A program made the position numbers and the translations under genes. The notes beneath the pieces were generated by a model. The model was not told the DNA's origin and ran no database searches. It worked only from the letters and a program-made list of their open reading frames with translations. DNA of 64,000 nucleotides. Origin: Hungatella sp. (lineage in GTDB: Bacteria; Bacillota; Clostridia; Lachnospirales; Lachnospiraceae). The DNA lies in the NCBI GenBank assembly GCA_022792815.1, contig JAAWBS010000048.1, forward strand, positions 4,022 to 68,021, given 5' to 3'. Positions 1-9,618 of this stretch are shown piece after piece (position 1 is the stretch's first letter; each line of letters starts with the position of its first letter).

Positions 1-341
1 AGGGGGGCGGCGCTTACCGCAGAAAAGACATTGTCTTTGAAAGCTTTGGTGCAGACTCGTTTCAGGAGGCGATGCGCAGCGCTTTGAGGGGAAACGGATT
101 TTCCAGCAGACATGCAGGCGTCCGTGTAGCAGGGATCGTCGAAGATGACCGTGAGATGAAACAGGTGTATAATCCGAATCATCCGGATGCCGATGAAAAC
201 GGTTTTGTGACGATGCCAAATGTGGACCTTCTAAAAGAGACAGTGGACAGTATGTCAGCCACCAGGTCCTACGAGGCAAACGTTACGGCTTTGAATGCAA
301 TGAAGCTGATGGCGCAGAAGGCACTGGAGATTAACAAATAA
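1..341 (+). CDS. flgC: Flagellar basal-body rod protein FlgC (5' end outside window)
   Basis: Frame open from the window edge: GGAYRRKDIVF...VYNPNHPDADENGFVTMPNVDLLKETVDSMSATRSYEAN, the FlgC signature. Confidence 0.93.
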   Translation, partial: GGGAYRRKDIVFESFGADSFQEAMRSALRGNGFSSRHAGVRVAGIVEDDREMKQVYNPNHPDADENGFVTMPNVDLLKETVDSMSATRSYEANVTALNAMKLMAQKALEINK

Positions 342-387
342 TATCATCCGGGCCGCTTGAATAAAAAAGGATAAAGGAGATTGAATT

Positions 388-1818
388 ATGGGCGCTAGCA
401 GCTTTAATGAAATGGAACTAGATGCCATAGGCGAAATTATGAATATCAGTCTCGGCGCCTCAGCGACGGCGGTTTCTACCATGCTGGGTACGACTGTAAA
501 CATTACGACGCCGGTGGTTTCTGTTCTGACTCGGCAGGAATTTGAATTTAGACGCCTAGAACCAGCGATCGGTGTTGAGATTGACTATGTAGAGGGTCTG
601 GACGGAAAGAATATCATGATGTTCCGCCGTGAGGATGTAGGGATTATCGTCGGAACTTTATTGGGGGAAGACCCTTCCGAGTTCGTGGAGTTGGACGAGA
701 TTCATATCAGCGCCATCTGCGAGGTCATGAACCAGATGATGGGCTCCTCCGCTACGGCGCTGTCAGAGTTTTTAGGCACTATTGTAAATATATCGACTCC
801 CAAGTCTTTTGATGTGGGAGACCCGGAAGAATTTAAGATAAAATATTTTCCGGAAGAGTCCGGTATGGTGGTTGTGCGTTTTCGGCTGGAGATCGAAGGA
901 AAGCTGAACAGTGAGTTCATGAATATCATGTCTACTAAGCTGACCAAACGTCTTCTGGAGCCCTTTGCCGACAGCTTTGCACAGGCAGAGGCGGAAGCTT
1001 TGTCTTCGGAAGCGAAACCAGATCCAGAGCCCGCTCCTGCCCCTGCAGCAAGCTCCGGGGGGACTATGTCTCAGGATGAGATCAACGCCATGTTGGCGGG
1101 AGCTGCCGCCCCAAGTCCTGCCCCTGCAGCAAGCTCCGGAGGGACCATGTCTCAGGACGAGATCAACGCTATGCTGGCAGGAGCAGGGGCTCCAAGTCCG
1201 TCTCCTGCCCCTGCAGCAAGCTCCGGAGGGACCATGTCCCAGGATGAGATCAACGCCATGCTGGCGGGAGCTGCCGCCCCAAGTCCTGCCCCTGCACCGC
1301 AGCCTCAGATGACAGCGCCTGTAGGCCAGCCCCAGATGGCGCCTGGTATGGGATATCCGTATCCGCCTATGGGAGCAGATCCCATGATGATGCAGCTGTT
1401 TACCCAGATGCAGCAGACCCAGATGCAGATGATGGAGATGATGAAATCCGTTTCCAGACCTCAGGAATCGGCTCCGGCCCCTTCTCAGAGTACCAACACG
1501 ATCATCCGGCCCCTGGCTGCAAGTGCGGTTCAGGACGAGGCGGGACAGGGAGAAGAGGACAAGACGAATCAGGAGATGCTGATGAAGGTACCTCTTGAGA
1601 TCTCTGTGGAGATCGGAAGTACCAAGAGGCTGGTTCGGGATATTCTGGAGTTTACTCAGGGCACCCTGGTAGTCTTAGACAAGATGGCAGGAGAGCAGGT
1701 GGACTTGTTTGTCAACGGACAGTGTATCGCTAAGGGAGACATCGTTGTGGTAGAGGACAATTTTGGTATCCGAATCACAGAGATTGTGACCAGGGAATTA
1801 AACCCGGAAAGTTTATAG
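388..1818 (+). CDS. fliY: Flagellar motor switch phosphatase FliY (CheC-like domains + FliN C-terminus)
   Basis: Two E-x-x-N sites (DAIGEIMNI, SAICEVMNQ); C-terminal SpoA/FliN domain (VPLEISVEIG...GDIVVVEDNFGIRITEI). Confidence 0.92.
   Translation: MGASSFNEMELDAIGEIMNISLGASATAVSTMLGTTVNITTPVVSVLTRQEFEFRRLEPAIGVEIDYVEGLDGKNIMMFRREDVGIIVGTLLGEDPSEFVELDEIHISAICEVMNQMMGSSATALSEFLGTIVNISTPKSFDVGDPEEFKIKYFPEESGMVVVRFRLEIEGKLNSEFMNIMSTKLTKRLLEPFADSFAQAEAEALSSEAKPDPEPAPAPAASSGGTMSQDEINAMLAGAAAPSPAPAASSGGTMSQDEINAMLAGAGAPSPSPAPAASSGGTMSQDEINAMLAGAAAPSPAPAPQPQMTAPVGQPQMAPGMGYPYPPMGADPMMMQLFTQMQQTQMQMMEMMKSVSRPQESAPAPSQSTNTIIRPLAASAVQDEAGQGEEDKTNQEMLMKVPLEISVEIGSTKRLVRDILEFTQGTLVVLDKMAGEQVDLFVNGQCIAKGDIVVVEDNFGIRITEIVTRELNPESL
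1036..1296 (+). repeat. Three tandem 81-87 bp in-frame repeats in the fliY linker
   Basis: Units at 1036, 1117 and 1204 each encode PAPAASSGGTMSQDEINAMLAGA. Confidence 0.95.
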
Positions 1819-1819
1819 G

Positions 1820-2179
1820 ATGGGAGACCTGACTTTGTTTCGCGCAGTATTGACTGTGATGGCAGTACTGCTGCTTGCATATTGGTGCAGCCGGCTGCTG
1901 GCAAAGCAGTGGGTGAAAACATCCGGTCTGAGGCATTTAAAGATCATCGAGCAGGTGCCTGTAGGCCAGAACCAGAAAATCCTTCTTTTGAACATAGGAG
2001 AGTCCAATTATCTGATTGGCGTCAGTCAGGCTGGAATCCAGCTTCTGACAGAAGTAGAAGGCGATTTTGACACAGAGGAGTCGCTTTCGGCACAGAATTT
2101 GTCAGGACAGAATCCCTTTGGGGAGGTTTTAGAACAGCTGCTGGCGAAACACAGGGAAAAGAAGGGGGGAGACAAGTGA
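1820..2179 (+). CDS. fliO: Flagellar biosynthesis protein FliO/FliZ
   Basis: One N-terminal TM, LKIIEQVPVGQNQKILLL...YLIGVS motif, position before fliP. Confidence 0.85.
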   Translation: MGDLTLFRAVLTVMAVLLLAYWCSRLLAKQWVKTSGLRHLKIIEQVPVGQNQKILLLNIGESNYLIGVSQAGIQLLTEVEGDFDTEESLSAQNLSGQNPFGEVLEQLLAKHREKKGGDK

Positions 2180-2832
2180 GTGACCTTCTGACACAATTAA
2201 ACGGCGGGAGTGTTCCTGCCCTGGATTTGATATTTATGCTCACTCTCGCGGCCCTGCTGCCCTCCATCGTGGTCATGATGACTTCCTTTACCAGGACGAT
2301 CATCATCTTGTCTTTTACAAGAAACGCCATGGGAGTACAGCAGGCCCCGCCCAATATGGTGATGGTGGGTATCGCGATGTTTTTGACATTGTATATTATG
2401 ACTCCGGTGATCAGCCGGATTAACGATGAGGCTTATGAGCCCTATATCAGGGAGGAGATCACCCAGGAGGAGGCAGTGGAGCGGATGATCGTGCCATTAA
2501 AGGAATTTATGGTCCGCAACACTTACAAGAGCACGCTGGACAATTTTGTGCGTATGTCCGACACGACAGTGGAGGAGAACGCGGTAGATTATCCTTTGAC
2601 GGTTATCGTGCCTTCCTTTATGACCAGTGAGCTGAAGCGAGCTTTTACAGCCGGATTTCTGATCTATCTGCCATTCCTTTTGGTGGATATCGTCGTGTCC
2701 ACTACGCTGATGTCCATGGGTATGGTGATGCTGCCTCCGGCTATGATTTCCCTGCCTTTCAAGCTGCTGCTTTTTGTGACGGTTGACGGGTGGGAACTTT
2801 TGTTTTCCAGTATTGTACAGAGTTTCCGTTGA
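2176..2832 (+). CDS. fliP: Flagellar export pore protein FliP
   Basis: MMTSFTR...QQAPPN; MSMGMVMLPPAMISLPFKLLLFVTVDGW. Confidence 0.97.
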   Translation: MSDLLTQLNGGSVPALDLIFMLTLAALLPSIVVMMTSFTRTIIILSFTRNAMGVQQAPPNMVMVGIAMFLTLYIMTPVISRINDEAYEPYIREEITQEEAVERMIVPLKEFMVRNTYKSTLDNFVRMSDTTVEENAVDYPLTVIVPSFMTSELKRAFTAGFLIYLPFLLVDIVVSTTLMSMGMVMLPPAMISLPFKLLLFVTVDGWELLFSSIVQSFR

Positions 2833-2846
2833 CAGGAGAGTGACCT

Positions 2847-3110
2847 ATGACAGAGTTGGAAATACTCGATGTGATGTACCAGACTTTCCAGACAGCGGTA
2901 AAGCTGTCCATGCCTTTTTTGTTGGTCAGTATGGTGGTGGGGGTGGTGATCGCCATCTTTCAGGCGGCCACCCAGATTAACGAACAGACGATGACTTTTG
3001 TGCCCAAGTTTCTGTCCATTCTAGTGGTCATGGGACTTTTGGGAACTTCCATGCTGTCAACACTGCAGGAATTTTTTCAGCATATGCTGACTTTGATAAT
3101 AGGGAGTTAG
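2847..3110 (+). CDS. fliQ: Flagellar export protein FliQ
   Basis: IFQAATQINEQTMTFVPK signature. Confidence 0.97.
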   Translation: MTELEILDVMYQTFQTAVKLSMPFLLVSMVVGVVIAIFQAATQINEQTMTFVPKFLSILVVMGLLGTSMLSTLQEFFQHMLTLIIGS

Positions 3111-3114
3111 CCTT

Positions 3115-3867
3115 ATGTTTATCTTATTTGCCCTGGTATTTATGCGGATGACCGGAGCAGTGATGTTCAATCCGGTACTTGGCAGATCTAATATTCCCAA
3201 TACCTACAAAGGCGCCCTGATTTTTATGCTCACCCTGATGCTGTATCTGTCTGTGGGAGGCGTTTTAAGCCATGAACCCGGGACCATGATTGAATTTGGG
3301 GTTATGCTGATTCAGGAGCTTTTTATGGGTTTTGTGCTGGGATTTTCCATGGAACTTTTTTTCATGGTGGTTCGGTTTGCCTCTTCCATCATGGATCAGA
3401 CGATGGGTCTCTCCATGGCTCAGGTTTATGACCCTACTACCAGGACACAGATGACCGTGTCATCAGGTCTGTTTTATGCGTTTTTGTTTCTGCTTTTTAT
3501 GGCGGTGGATGGACATGTCCATCTCATCGGGCTGTTTTTTACCTCGGCCAGATTGGTTCCCTTCGGGGAAGTGCATATTCGACCGGAGCTGTACCAGATG
3601 GTTTTGGAGATCTTTAAGACCAATATCGTCATGGGGCTCCAGTTTGCCTTTCCCATCATCGCCATGGAGCTGGTGACGGAGGCGGCCGTGGGGATCCTTA
3701 TGAGGATGATTCCCCAGATCAATGTGTTTGCGGTGAATTTCCAGCTGAAGATTCTGGTGGGACTGATGATGCTGGTATTTCTGTTCAGCCCTATGGCAGA
3801 CAAGGTCCATGTGATTTTGAGAGATATGTTTTTATATATGGAGCGGCTGCTGGTGCTGATGCGCTGA
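3115..3867 (+). CDS. fliR: Flagellar export protein FliR
   Basis: Hydrophobic; MGLSMAQVYDP, RMIPQINVFAVNFQLKI; follows fliQ. Confidence 0.95.
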   Translation: MFILFALVFMRMTGAVMFNPVLGRSNIPNTYKGALIFMLTLMLYLSVGGVLSHEPGTMIEFGVMLIQELFMGFVLGFSMELFFMVVRFASSIMDQTMGLSMAQVYDPTTRTQMTVSSGLFYAFLFLLFMAVDGHVHLIGLFFTSARLVPFGEVHIRPELYQMVLEIFKTNIVMGLQFAFPIIAMELVTEAAVGILMRMIPQINVFAVNFQLKILVGLMMLVFLFSPMADKVHVILRDMFLYMERLLVLMR

Positions 3868-3897
3868 GCCCCGTATTGATTTCAGAGACAGAAGGGA

Positions 3898-4980
3898 GTG
3901 GTGAGCTTGGCGGAGTCTAATGGACAGGAAAAGACCGAACAACCAACCGGGAAACGAATCCGGGACGCGAGGAAGGAAGGTAATATTTTCCAGAGCAAGG
4001 ATGCAGTCACGGTGGTGATGCTGCTTGGTGTGTTCTGGATGTTAAAGATCATGCTTCCCTTCATCTATCAGACAGCAAGAGACTGTCTGATTCATCTCTT
4101 TTCCATAGCCATGATGGACGAACCACTGGCTGCCTCTGCTCATATCTTTGCCTATATGGTAATCGCTGTGCTGAAGTGCTCCATGCCTGTTTTGCTGGTA
4201 TCTATGGTCCTGGGGATTCTGGGCCACGGAACTCAGACCCGTTTCAACGTGAGTTTTAAGATGCTGAAGCCTAAATTCAGTAAAATGAATCCCATCAACG
4301 GAATAAAGAGGATGTTCGGCATAAAAAAGCTGGTAGACCTTGCCAAAAACCTGATTAAGATTGCACTACTTCTCGCTTTGTTGTATAATCTTTTAAAAGA
4401 CGATCTGGTTTCGGTGGCACGGATGATTGATATGAATCTGTATATCTCTGCCGGCCATATGCTGACTCTCGTGTTTGACCTGGTGGTAAAGGTTTGTATG
4501 GCCTTTACCGTCGTTGCATTTTTTGATTACCTCTATCAGAGATGGGATCATACCCAGAACTTAAAGATGACGAAGCAGGAGGTCAAGGAGGAGTACAAGA
4601 ACACCGAGGGGAATCCGGAGATCAAGGGAAGGATCCGGAAGGTTCAGCGTCAGATGTCCATGAGCCGTATGATGCAGAAGGTTCCGGAGGCAGATGTGAT
4701 CGTCAGAAACCCGACCCACTTTGCCGTAGCCTTAAAGTATGACCCGGAAAAGAACGGGGCTCCCATCGTGCTGGCCAAGGGCCAGGACCATGTGGCCTTT
4801 CGGATCATCAAGGTCGGCGAGGAGAGCGGAGTGTTCATCATAGAGAACCGGCCTCTGGCCCGGGCCCTCTATGCTTCCTGCGAGATCGACCGGGAGATAC
4901 CGGCAGAATTCTACGGGGCGGTGGCGGAGATTCTGGTATACATCTACAAGGCCAGCCACCGGGAAGATATGTTCCAATAG
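3898..4980 (+). CDS. flhB: Flagellar export switch protein FlhB
   Basis: EKTEQPT, KMTKQEVKEEYKNTEGNP, NPTH autocleavage motif. Confidence 0.97.
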   Translation: MVSLAESNGQEKTEQPTGKRIRDARKEGNIFQSKDAVTVVMLLGVFWMLKIMLPFIYQTARDCLIHLFSIAMMDEPLAASAHIFAYMVIAVLKCSMPVLLVSMVLGILGHGTQTRFNVSFKMLKPKFSKMNPINGIKRMFGIKKLVDLAKNLIKIALLLALLYNLLKDDLVSVARMIDMNLYISAGHMLTLVFDLVVKVCMAFTVVAFFDYLYQRWDHTQNLKMTKQEVKEEYKNTEGNPEIKGRIRKVQRQMSMSRMMQKVPEADVIVRNPTHFAVALKYDPEKNGAPIVLAKGQDHVAFRIIKVGEESGVFIIENRPLARALYASCEIDREIPAEFYGAVAEILVYIYKASHREDMFQ

Positions 4981-5009
4981 ATGAATGAAAGACGGATGGA
5001 GTTTTTTAC

Positions 5010-7160
5010 ATGAAAAAGTTACTGAGCTATTCCATTGTACTGTTTGTATTGACCGTAATTTTATTATTGCTCATACCGCTGCCGGAAGCCATGGTGGATG
5101 TGGCGATTATAGTCAATATGTCCCTTTCGCTGATGATTCTGATCATCACCATGACTATTAAGGATGCCCTGGAATTTTCCATCTTCCCATCCCTTTTGCT
5201 GATCACCACGCTGTTTCGTCTGGGGATCAATGTTTCTACAACCAGAAACATCCTCAGCAGAGGGGGTTCGTCGGGAATGATCATCAAGGCATTCGGTGAT
5301 TTCATCCTGCAGGGCAATGTAGTAGTCGGTCTGGTGATCTATCTGATCATCGTGCTCATGCAGTTTTTGGTTATCACCAAGGGCGCGGAGCGTGTGTCCG
5401 AGGTTGCAGCCAGGTTTACCCTGGATGCCATGCCCGGCAAGCAGATGGCCATCGACGCGGACTTAAACTCCGGTCTTATCGACGAGCAGGAGGCCAAAGG
5501 CCGAAGGGAGAAGATCCAGAGAGAGGCAGACTTCTACGGCTCTATGGACGGTGCCACCAAGATTGTAAAAGGCGATTCTATCATGTCTCTGATCACCACT
5601 GCCATCAACTTAATCGGCGGCAGTATCGTCGGTATCATCCAGTCCGGCGACAGTATAGGCAATGTGCTGAACACTTACTCCATCGCCACCGTAGGCGACG
5701 GTCTGGTGGGACAGATTCCTTCCCTTTTGATCTCTGTGGCTACCGGCATGATCGTCACCAGAGCCGTGTCAGAGGGAAGCTTAAACGAAGATATCTCCAA
5801 GCAGTTTATGGCTCAGCCTGTGGCGATCATGATAAGCGGTATCGTCATCGCCGTTCTGACAGTGATTCCCGGGATGCCGGTGATGCAGCTGCTGATGATC
5901 TCCCTGGGATTGGTGGGGATCGGTTTTTATCTGTACCGGAGACTGGAGGCAGAGCCGGGACTCGCCATGGCGGGAGGCGGGCTGACAGGAGGCCCCACCC
6001 TGAGGAACTATTCTCCGGACATGGAACAGGGCCCGGAAGATTCGGAGGCGCCAAAGCAGGTCAGTGAGGAAGAATTCTTCAAGGATGTCAACAATGTATA
6101 CAGTCTGCTCTCCGTGGAGGCCATCGAGATGGAGTTCGGTTACAGCCTGATCCCTCTGGTGGATGAATCTGTGGGAGGCCGTCTGATCAACCGAATTATC
6201 ATATTCCGGAGGCAGTACGCACAGGATATGGGCTTTGTCATCCCCTCCATACGCCTTCGGGACAGTTCGGGGCTTAATACCAACCAGTACTCTATTAAGA
6301 TCAAAGGGGAGGAGGTAGCCAAGGGAGAGATCCTGATCGACTACTACCTGGCTTTAGAGCCGGATAATCCGGAGAAAGAGATTGATGGTATCGAGACCAT
6401 CGAACCTGCATATGGTATTCCGAGCCGATGGATCAGACCAGAGGACCGGGAGTTGGCGGAGATCTACGGATACACGGTCATCGATCCCTTATCCGTGCTT
6501 GTGACTCATCTGTCGGAGGTGGTGAAGCAGCATGCCCATGAGCTGATCACCAGGCAGGAGGTGATTCACCTTGTGGAGAACACCAAGAGGACGTCACCGG
6601 AGCTGGTGGAGGAGGCTTTCCCGGGCTTTATCTCCTACAGTCTGTTTCAGAAACTGCTCACAAGCCTTCTGAAAGAAGGCGTGCCCATCAAGGATTTGGA
6701 GACGATTATAGAGACAGCTTTAGAGACTATATCAGATACAGGCCTTCCGGTCAGGGATGTGGACGGCCTGATTGAAAACATCAGAACGGCTCTCAAACGG
6801 ACGATCACCCGCATGTACTGCGAGGACGGCAGCATGAAGGTGATCACACTGGATTCGGAATTAGAGCGGACCATGGTGGGATGTCTGTCCAAGGGTGAGA
6901 GGGGGTATTATTTAGCCCTGAGTCCTGATGTGCTTCAGAGTCTGATCAATCAGCTGACAGGCCAGCTGAAGAAATTCAGCGGACTTTCTCAGAGCCCGGT
7001 GGTGCTGACATCACAGGTGATGAGAGTTCATTTCTATCGGCTGATCGAACAATTTTACCCCAATGTGAGAGTCCTGTCGTTTAACGAGATATCGAACAAC
7101 GTGCAGATCCAGTCCATCGGCAGTCTGACTCTGGAAGACAGGGGGAGAGTGGGGGCCTGA
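5010..7160 (+). CDS. flhA: Flagellar export gate protein FlhA
   Basis: RVSEVAARFTLDAMPGKQMAIDADL, FYGSMDGA (FHIPEP). Confidence 0.98.
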   Translation: MKKLLSYSIVLFVLTVILLLLIPLPEAMVDVAIIVNMSLSLMILIITMTIKDALEFSIFPSLLLITTLFRLGINVSTTRNILSRGGSSGMIIKAFGDFILQGNVVVGLVIYLIIVLMQFLVITKGAERVSEVAARFTLDAMPGKQMAIDADLNSGLIDEQEAKGRREKIQREADFYGSMDGATKIVKGDSIMSLITTAINLIGGSIVGIIQSGDSIGNVLNTYSIATVGDGLVGQIPSLLISVATGMIVTRAVSEGSLNEDISKQFMAQPVAIMISGIVIAVLTVIPGMPVMQLLMISLGLVGIGFYLYRRLEAEPGLAMAGGGLTGGPTLRNYSPDMEQGPEDSEAPKQVSEEEFFKDVNNVYSLLSVEAIEMEFGYSLIPLVDESVGGRLINRIIIFRRQYAQDMGFVIPSIRLRDSSGLNTNQYSIKIKGEEVAKGEILIDYYLALEPDNPEKEIDGIETIEPAYGIPSRWIRPEDRELAEIYGYTVIDPLSVLVTHLSEVVKQHAHELITRQEVIHLVENTKRTSPELVEEAFPGFISYSLFQKLLTSLLKEGVPIKDLETIIETALETISDTGLPVRDVDGLIENIRTALKRTITRMYCEDGSMKVITLDSELERTMVGCLSKGERGYYLALSPDVLQSLINQLTGQLKKFSGLSQSPVVLTSQVMRVHFYRLIEQFYPNVRVLSFNEISNNVQIQSIGSLTLEDRGRVGA

Positions 7161-7184
7161 CCGGCCATAGGGAGATGACGGAAC

Positions 7185-7955
7185 ATGGTTCAGACAGATT
7201 ATTTAGCAGAGAAGACCAATGAGGAGCTTCTGGAGATGTATCGGGCAGAGGGCAAGTTGGAAGTGAAGCAGGCTCTGGTGCTCCGTTATCTCTACATCGT
7301 GAAGACCATTGCCAGTCAGATGCGCAACGTCTATACCGGTTCCCTTCAGATGGAGGACATCATCAACGAAGGCGTCATCGCCATCATGAAGGGGATTGAC
7401 AGATATGACCCGGAGCGGGATAATAAGTTTGAAACATTTATATCCAGGCGGATTCGGGGGATGATCATCGACCTGGTGAGGAAAAACGATTGGATGCCCA
7501 GGGATTTCCGAAAACAGGTGAAAGGCATCGAAGAGCTTCAGAGTTCTCTGGGACGCCAGCTGGGGCGTCAGCCCACAGACGAGGAGGTGTCCTCGGCTCT
7601 GGGGATGGATATTCGGAAGTACCGGAAACTGCAGCGCATGAGTGTGATGATGAATGTGCTCTCCTTAGATATGATCACCGAGGATGAAGGGGAACATCAG
7701 TCCCTTCAGCTCTCCAGCGGGGATGTGGATTCTCAGCCTGAGAGGGCATTTCTAAAGGGCGAGGCGCGGCAGGTTCTGGCGGAAGCGATTAAAAGTCTGA
7801 AGGAGAGAGAACAGATGGTGGTCTCCCTGTACTATATGGAAGAATTGAACATGGGGCAGATCGCCCAGGTACTGGGAGTCAGTGAACCGAGGATCTCACA
7901 GATTCACAGTTCTGCCATCCGAAAGCTGAAGGCATATATGAACAGCTATCAGTGA
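7185..7955 (+). CDS. fliA: FliA/SigD/WhiG family sigma-28 factor
   Basis: RIRGMIIDLVRKNDWMPR region 2; VSEPRISQIHS region 4.2. Confidence 0.93.
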   Translation: MVQTDYLAEKTNEELLEMYRAEGKLEVKQALVLRYLYIVKTIASQMRNVYTGSLQMEDIINEGVIAIMKGIDRYDPERDNKFETFISRRIRGMIIDLVRKNDWMPRDFRKQVKGIEELQSSLGRQLGRQPTDEEVSSALGMDIRKYRKLQRMSVMMNVLSLDMITEDEGEHQSLQLSSGDVDSQPERAFLKGEARQVLAEAIKSLKEREQMVVSLYYMEELNMGQIAQVLGVSEPRISQIHSSAIRKLKAYMNSYQ

Positions 7956-7992
7956 CGACTGTGGCTGGCAGCAGAGAAAGGAGGAGATAACG

Positions 7993-8787
7993 ATGTATCA
8001 AGGTTTTTATAATCTGGCGTCAGGTATGCTGACCCAGAGCAGAAACTTGAATGTGATCAGTAATAATATGGTCAATATCCAGACTCCGGGATATAAGAGG
8101 GACAAGATGGTCAGCACCACCTTTCAGGAGGAGATGCTATACCGGACTGGGCGGCGATACAAGGACAACGCAGAGCCGCTGGCCACCACATCCAAGATAC
8201 GGGCGGCGGATCAGACCTATGTGAACTACGAGCAGGGAAGCTATGAGCAGACAGAAGGAATTTTGGATTTTGCCCTGACAGACACCGGATTTTTCTGTAT
8301 CGACACCCCGGCAGGGGTCCGCTATACCAGAAACGGTTCCTTTTTTGTAGACGATGAGGGCTATCTGGCCCTGAATAATTCCGGCAGAGTCCAGGGGACA
8401 GACGGCGGCCCCATCGCCATCGACACGGAAGACTTTTCTGTGGACGGCATGGGCAATATCACCGTGCCGGCTAAAAGCTCTTCTGGAGAAGACGGGGAGA
8501 CAGAGACAGAAGAAGCCCGGGTGCTGGGAACATTGAGAGTGGTGGATTTTGCGGATTACGGACAGCTCCACAAGGAGGATTACGGTCTGTTTTCCACGGG
8601 TCAGGCTCCCCAGGAGAAGGAGAACCCGTCGGTGCTGTGGCAGGCCTTGGAGAAGTCCAATGTGGATATGATCGAGGAGATGACATCTATGATGACGTCC
8701 CAGAGAGCCTTGCAGAGTGCGGCCCAGGTGCTTAAGATGTACGATCAGATTATGAGCAAGGCCGCGACGGATGTAGGAAGACTGTAA
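7993..8787 (+). CDS. flgF: Flagellar hook-basal body rod protein (FlgF/FlhO-like)
   Basis: ISNNMVNIQTPGYK, YTRNGSF, LEKSNVD; F vs G assignment uncertain. Confidence 0.75.
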   Translation: MYQGFYNLASGMLTQSRNLNVISNNMVNIQTPGYKRDKMVSTTFQEEMLYRTGRRYKDNAEPLATTSKIRAADQTYVNYEQGSYEQTEGILDFALTDTGFFCIDTPAGVRYTRNGSFFVDDEGYLALNNSGRVQGTDGGPIAIDTEDFSVDGMGNITVPAKSSSGEDGETETEEARVLGTLRVVDFADYGQLHKEDYGLFSTGQAPQEKENPSVLWQALEKSNVDMIEEMTSMMTSQRALQSAAQVLKMYDQIMSKAATDVGRL

Positions 8788-8804
8788 GGAGGAGACAAGA
8801 GACA

Positions 8805-9596
8805 ATGTATCAGTCATTTTATACAGGCGCTTTAGGCGCCGGTACCTGTATGGCAAGGATGAGCGTGATCGCCAACAATCTGGCTAATTTAAACAACGAC
8901 GGTTTCAAGCCCAAGACAGCGGCATTCTCGGATCTGCTCAATTTTAACTTAAATGACTCCGAGAACGCGGTGACAGAGCTGATGTCGGGCAACGGTGTCC
9001 GGATGCAGAGGACCTATTCCTCCTTCCATGCGGATGCCCTCACTCCCACCAACAGTCCCATCGACTATGCCCTTCTGGATGACAACACCTTTTTCCGAGT
9101 CATGGACCCAGACACAGGAGCCATCACCTATACCAGGAGCGGAAGTTTCCACCGGGCAGAGAGGGAGGAAGGATTCTTTCTGATGACCGACTCCGGGAAA
9201 CTGGTGCTGGATCAGAACGGGGAGCCCCTTGAGGCCGAGACAGCGGATATCCAGAGGATTCTGGCGGCTTTGGAGGGCGGAGAGGACTATGAGGAAGAGG
9301 AGGAAGACGAGGATCTGGAGGAGGACGAGGATGCGCCCAGACTGGCGGCCTTCACATTCTCCAATCCCAGCCGCCTCATAAGCGTAGGTGACAATGAATA
9401 CGCGCCGCCGGAGGGGATGGAACCGATCCTGGTGGAGCGCGCGAGGATCGAATCCGGCATGGTGGAGCGCTCCGGCACCGATCTGGCCAAAGAGATGGTG
9501 AAGATGATCGAATGTCAGAGAGCCTACAGTTATGCCTTAAAGATGGTGACCACATCAGACGAGATTGAGTCCACGATTAACTCTCTGAGAGCATAG
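8805..9596 (+). CDS. flgG: Flagellar hook-basal body rod protein (FlgG/FlhP-like)
   Basis: IANNLANLNNDGFK, YTRSGSF, MIECQRAY; F vs G assignment uncertain. Confidence 0.75.
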   Translation: MYQSFYTGALGAGTCMARMSVIANNLANLNNDGFKPKTAAFSDLLNFNLNDSENAVTELMSGNGVRMQRTYSSFHADALTPTNSPIDYALLDDNTFFRVMDPDTGAITYTRSGSFHRAEREEGFFLMTDSGKLVLDQNGEPLEAETADIQRILAALEGGEDYEEEEEDEDLEEDEDAPRLAAFTFSNPSRLISVGDNEYAPPEGMEPILVERARIESGMVERSGTDLAKEMVKMIECQRAYSYALKMVTTSDEIESTINSLRA

Positions 9597-9618
9597 TGTA
9601 GAGTAAAGATAATATGAG

